A program made the translations under genes and the position numbers. Positions 61,143 to 64,000 of a stretch of 64,000 bases of DNA are shown here, piece by piece. How positions within the stretch are numbered: position 1 is the first letter of the stretch; every line of letters starts with the position of its first letter. Origin of the DNA: Lama guanicoe. Lineage: Eukaryota. The notes beneath the pieces are model-generated. The model was not told where the DNA came from. It saw nothing but the letters and a program-made list of their open reading frames with translations, and did no database searches. Where the stretch lies: the NCBI GenBank assembly GCA_013239625.1, contig MU056000.1:8738970-8802969 (forward strand), in the 5' to 3' direction.

Positions 61143-63254
61143 AATGAGCTTTTTCACACACAACAGGATGTAAAAAATAGTAGTTTGTTACAATTGTGAA
61201 AATAAAAGATCTCTCTGAGCTCCTGAGCTATTCAATGTTCTAACGCGTAGAGTTCAAGGTTATCATTGTCACTCCTATTTTTCATCTATTCTGAGATGAT
61301 TCCTCCTACGTTTTAACATTCATGTTCTGGGGATTTTCTTTCATGGCTGAGGGTAGTCGCTGCTGTTACGAGGCAGCTGTTATGTCATGGTGGTCACTGC
61401 TGATGTGTAATAATAAACTTGGTTCTAGCTGCTCATGTCATCTCTTCTGTTGTGGTTAAACTCCATGTAGTAAGTTTAATTGCTGTTTAGAATATATTCA
61501 AACATTTACACTGTGAGTTGGTACCAAAGAGAAGTTAATATGTATAGAAAGCAGCACAGAAATAGGGCAGTAGACACATTTTTGAGTGATAACAGCTATT
61601 TAAGAAGAGTATCATCAATTGACCAAACAATCTCTTTTGGGGGGAGCAATGTCGAATTCATTTTGCTTGTATTTTAATTTTTATCTGTGAATGAAAAAGA
61701 TAAATGATTTAAAAACTTTAAATAATTCTGAAAGAGCACATTTGATAAGAACAAAATTAAAAATTGAAACGATTAGGAAACACTATGTCATAGGTGTCAC
61801 CTATTTTTTTCTTCTTAATGCTGCACCATGTAACAGCGCTGGGTAAAATATATGGCATCTTAAATTCAGTGAATTCCAGTATTGCCACCTGTGCTCCTGT
61901 TTCTGCTTTTTAGCCCTTTGTACATTTCCTCAGTCTCCTCGCCCCAGGATCAACTTGGGCTGTTGTCCCAGCAGAGAAATGTGGGCTCTCCATCTGGGAT
62001 TGAGACCATCTATCTATTTTCTAGATAGAGGTAGTTTAGCAAGTTGAGGACTGTCTGCAAACAGCATTCATGGAATTAAAAACTGGGAGAAACGGGAAGT
62101 CTAATGAAAATCATTCTTTTTTGCTGCTTTCGTGGATTCACTCTGTCATTTTCGGTAATTGTCTCAGTTACCAACCTCCCCTCTCCTCGCTAAGCTCTTC
62201 AACTACATGGCACTTGTTTTCTGCACCCAGTATTTACACAACAGCAAGGGAACAAACTTCATGTTTTTGGAGCTTATATTTTCCAGAGACATTTTGAAGT
62301 CAAGTTGCTTATATTCTCCTCTTTCACAATGAGTCTCATGTACTTTCTAGTGTGAGTCTGCACGTCCTTTGAGTCTGCACAGCTGACAAGACCCCTAGAC
62401 CCTTGGTTTTTCCTAGTGTTTGCCTGTATCCAAACCCAGTGTGGTCATCATGTCGCCTATTATGAATACCTCCCCGCCATTTTTTTTTGGCTTGAAAATA
62501 ATTCATAAAAATCGCTTTGACTTGCTGAACTCTATACAAAGCTACTGAGAACGCTTTTCCAATTTTAACATTTGATTGTTTCCTTGAAGAAACTGACATA
62601 TCAGTCTGGAAACCATGTTTTGTGGAATTTCGTAAGAGGCCAAAGGTATTTTTCATTTTCAAAAAAAAACCAAATTAGCATATAATGGGCCTAACTATTC
62701 TTCTTGGGTGACTATTTTATAATAAGATAGATTTTGGTCTTTAATAACTGTACATTGAGGGATCTATATACAATATGCAGGGTTAGGGTGGGGAGGGGAA
62801 GGAGACAGGTGAGAAGAGGAAAGACGGTCTCTTTGTCAGTCTTCTCTTCCTGGCAGCCTCATCTAAATGGGATCTTTTAGACTAACATGTCCAGTTTTTG
62901 GATACTCCATATAATTGTGATATTACATGTTACTTTGAATCATAATAAATCACTATTTACGTAAGTTAAGAATGGTCACAAATGACAATTTCACATGGTT
63001 CAGCATAATACATAGGAATAACAGTTAAATTCCACAAAAAATTACCATGAAGAAATAATATATACTAATGTTTTAATTATGATGATAGAGAACCAAAAAT
63101 TGATACTATTTGATGCTCATGTTGATATATTATTATCAGGTTTTATATTCATAATATAAAATGGCATATATATAAATAATTTATTAGTAATTAGGTTAAT
63201 ACCTTTAAAGTATAAAAAATACTTACATATATGGCCAAACAATTACTGCCAGGG

Positions 63255-63385
63255 TTGAGTATTTGTAACTTTGGAAAAGTCACTTGACCCTCCATGGCTT
63301 ATTTTTCTTTTGAGTAAAATAAGGATGATGAAACCCTACTTTCCTCAGGGGGCTGTTGAAAGAGGATGATGGGGTCACAAAAGGA
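63255..63385 (+). mobile_element. MIR fragment
   Basis: TGTAACTTTGGAAAAGTCACTTGACCCTCCATGGCTT..GTAAAATAAGGATGATGAAACCCTACTT..CAGGGGGCTGTTG. Confidence 0.65.
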
Positions 63386-64000
63386 AATAAATCTAAAAAA
63401 TATTACATAATTTACTGGATTATTATAAGCATATTCTCATTTACATTTTATTTAAAGATGTTAGATACATTTACCTTTTTTACCCCTTCCTTTGCTACCT
63501 AGAAAATTGCTGGATGCTGGTGGAGAGGGCACACAGTCCCCTTAACTTCCCTCTGTTTCCACGTACAGCCTAGCCGATCCTGGTGGGGGGAGAAGACATT
63601 TCTCTAAGAAATGAGTAAGCCCCTTCCAAATAGCAATTTCCAGCCTGACTTTCTCTGAAAATTGCCAACAAGAGAAATATATTTGAATAATGAGCCCATC
63701 GTCTGGGGAGGAGGGAGCAGATTTCAAAGCAAAGAGCGGCAGGCAAGGTGAGGATAGGGATCACCAACCTGTGTGCCAATCTGAAGCACCAACTCCACCA
63801 GTTTTGTGGAAACTGAAGCAAGGAAAAGGTTTATCACTCCAACAGCAGACCTTAAGCAGATACCAGACTTGTCCAAACCTGTGCTGGATTCACAGAGCTA
63901 AATGCCTCCACCGACCTGGTACAACTGCACAGGAGAGTTGGTCTAGATTGAAAAATCAGAGTGTGGAGAAGTCACTCGTCTAATGAGGTCATCGGATAAG

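Noticed and set aside
1..64000. Prokaryote-style systems (operons, CRISPR arrays, defence islands) or a novel multi-gene system
   Set aside because: The sequence is mammalian, repeat-rich and has no long ORFs. I found no repeat-spacer array or gene cluster.

Overview
AT-rich mammalian genomic DNA that is non-coding as far as I can read it (a large intron or intergenic region). Four copies of a tRNA-derived SINE matching the camelid Vic-1 type and several artiodactyl-type L1 3' ends suggest a camelid (alpaca, vicuna or camel). I recognise no protein-coding gene. The listed ORFs are chance ORFs or come from repeats (L1 ORF1/ORF2 remnants, microsatellites). Much of the window is old interspersed repeat: L1M, L2, MIR, MaLR/ERVL/ERV1 solo LTRs and hAT MER elements, often nested. 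The clearest non-TE feature is a 3'-truncated, tail-less 7SK retropseudogene on the minus strand (~20710-20954) with a perfect 13-bp target-site duplication (TSD). Unique segments hold a few candidate regulatory sites (a near-palindromic RFX X-box, a CpG cluster with CCAAT, MARE and three splice donors) and isolated exon-like segments. I found no convincing evidence of a novel biological system. Repeat subfamily names and boundaries come from remembered consensus sequences and are approximate.
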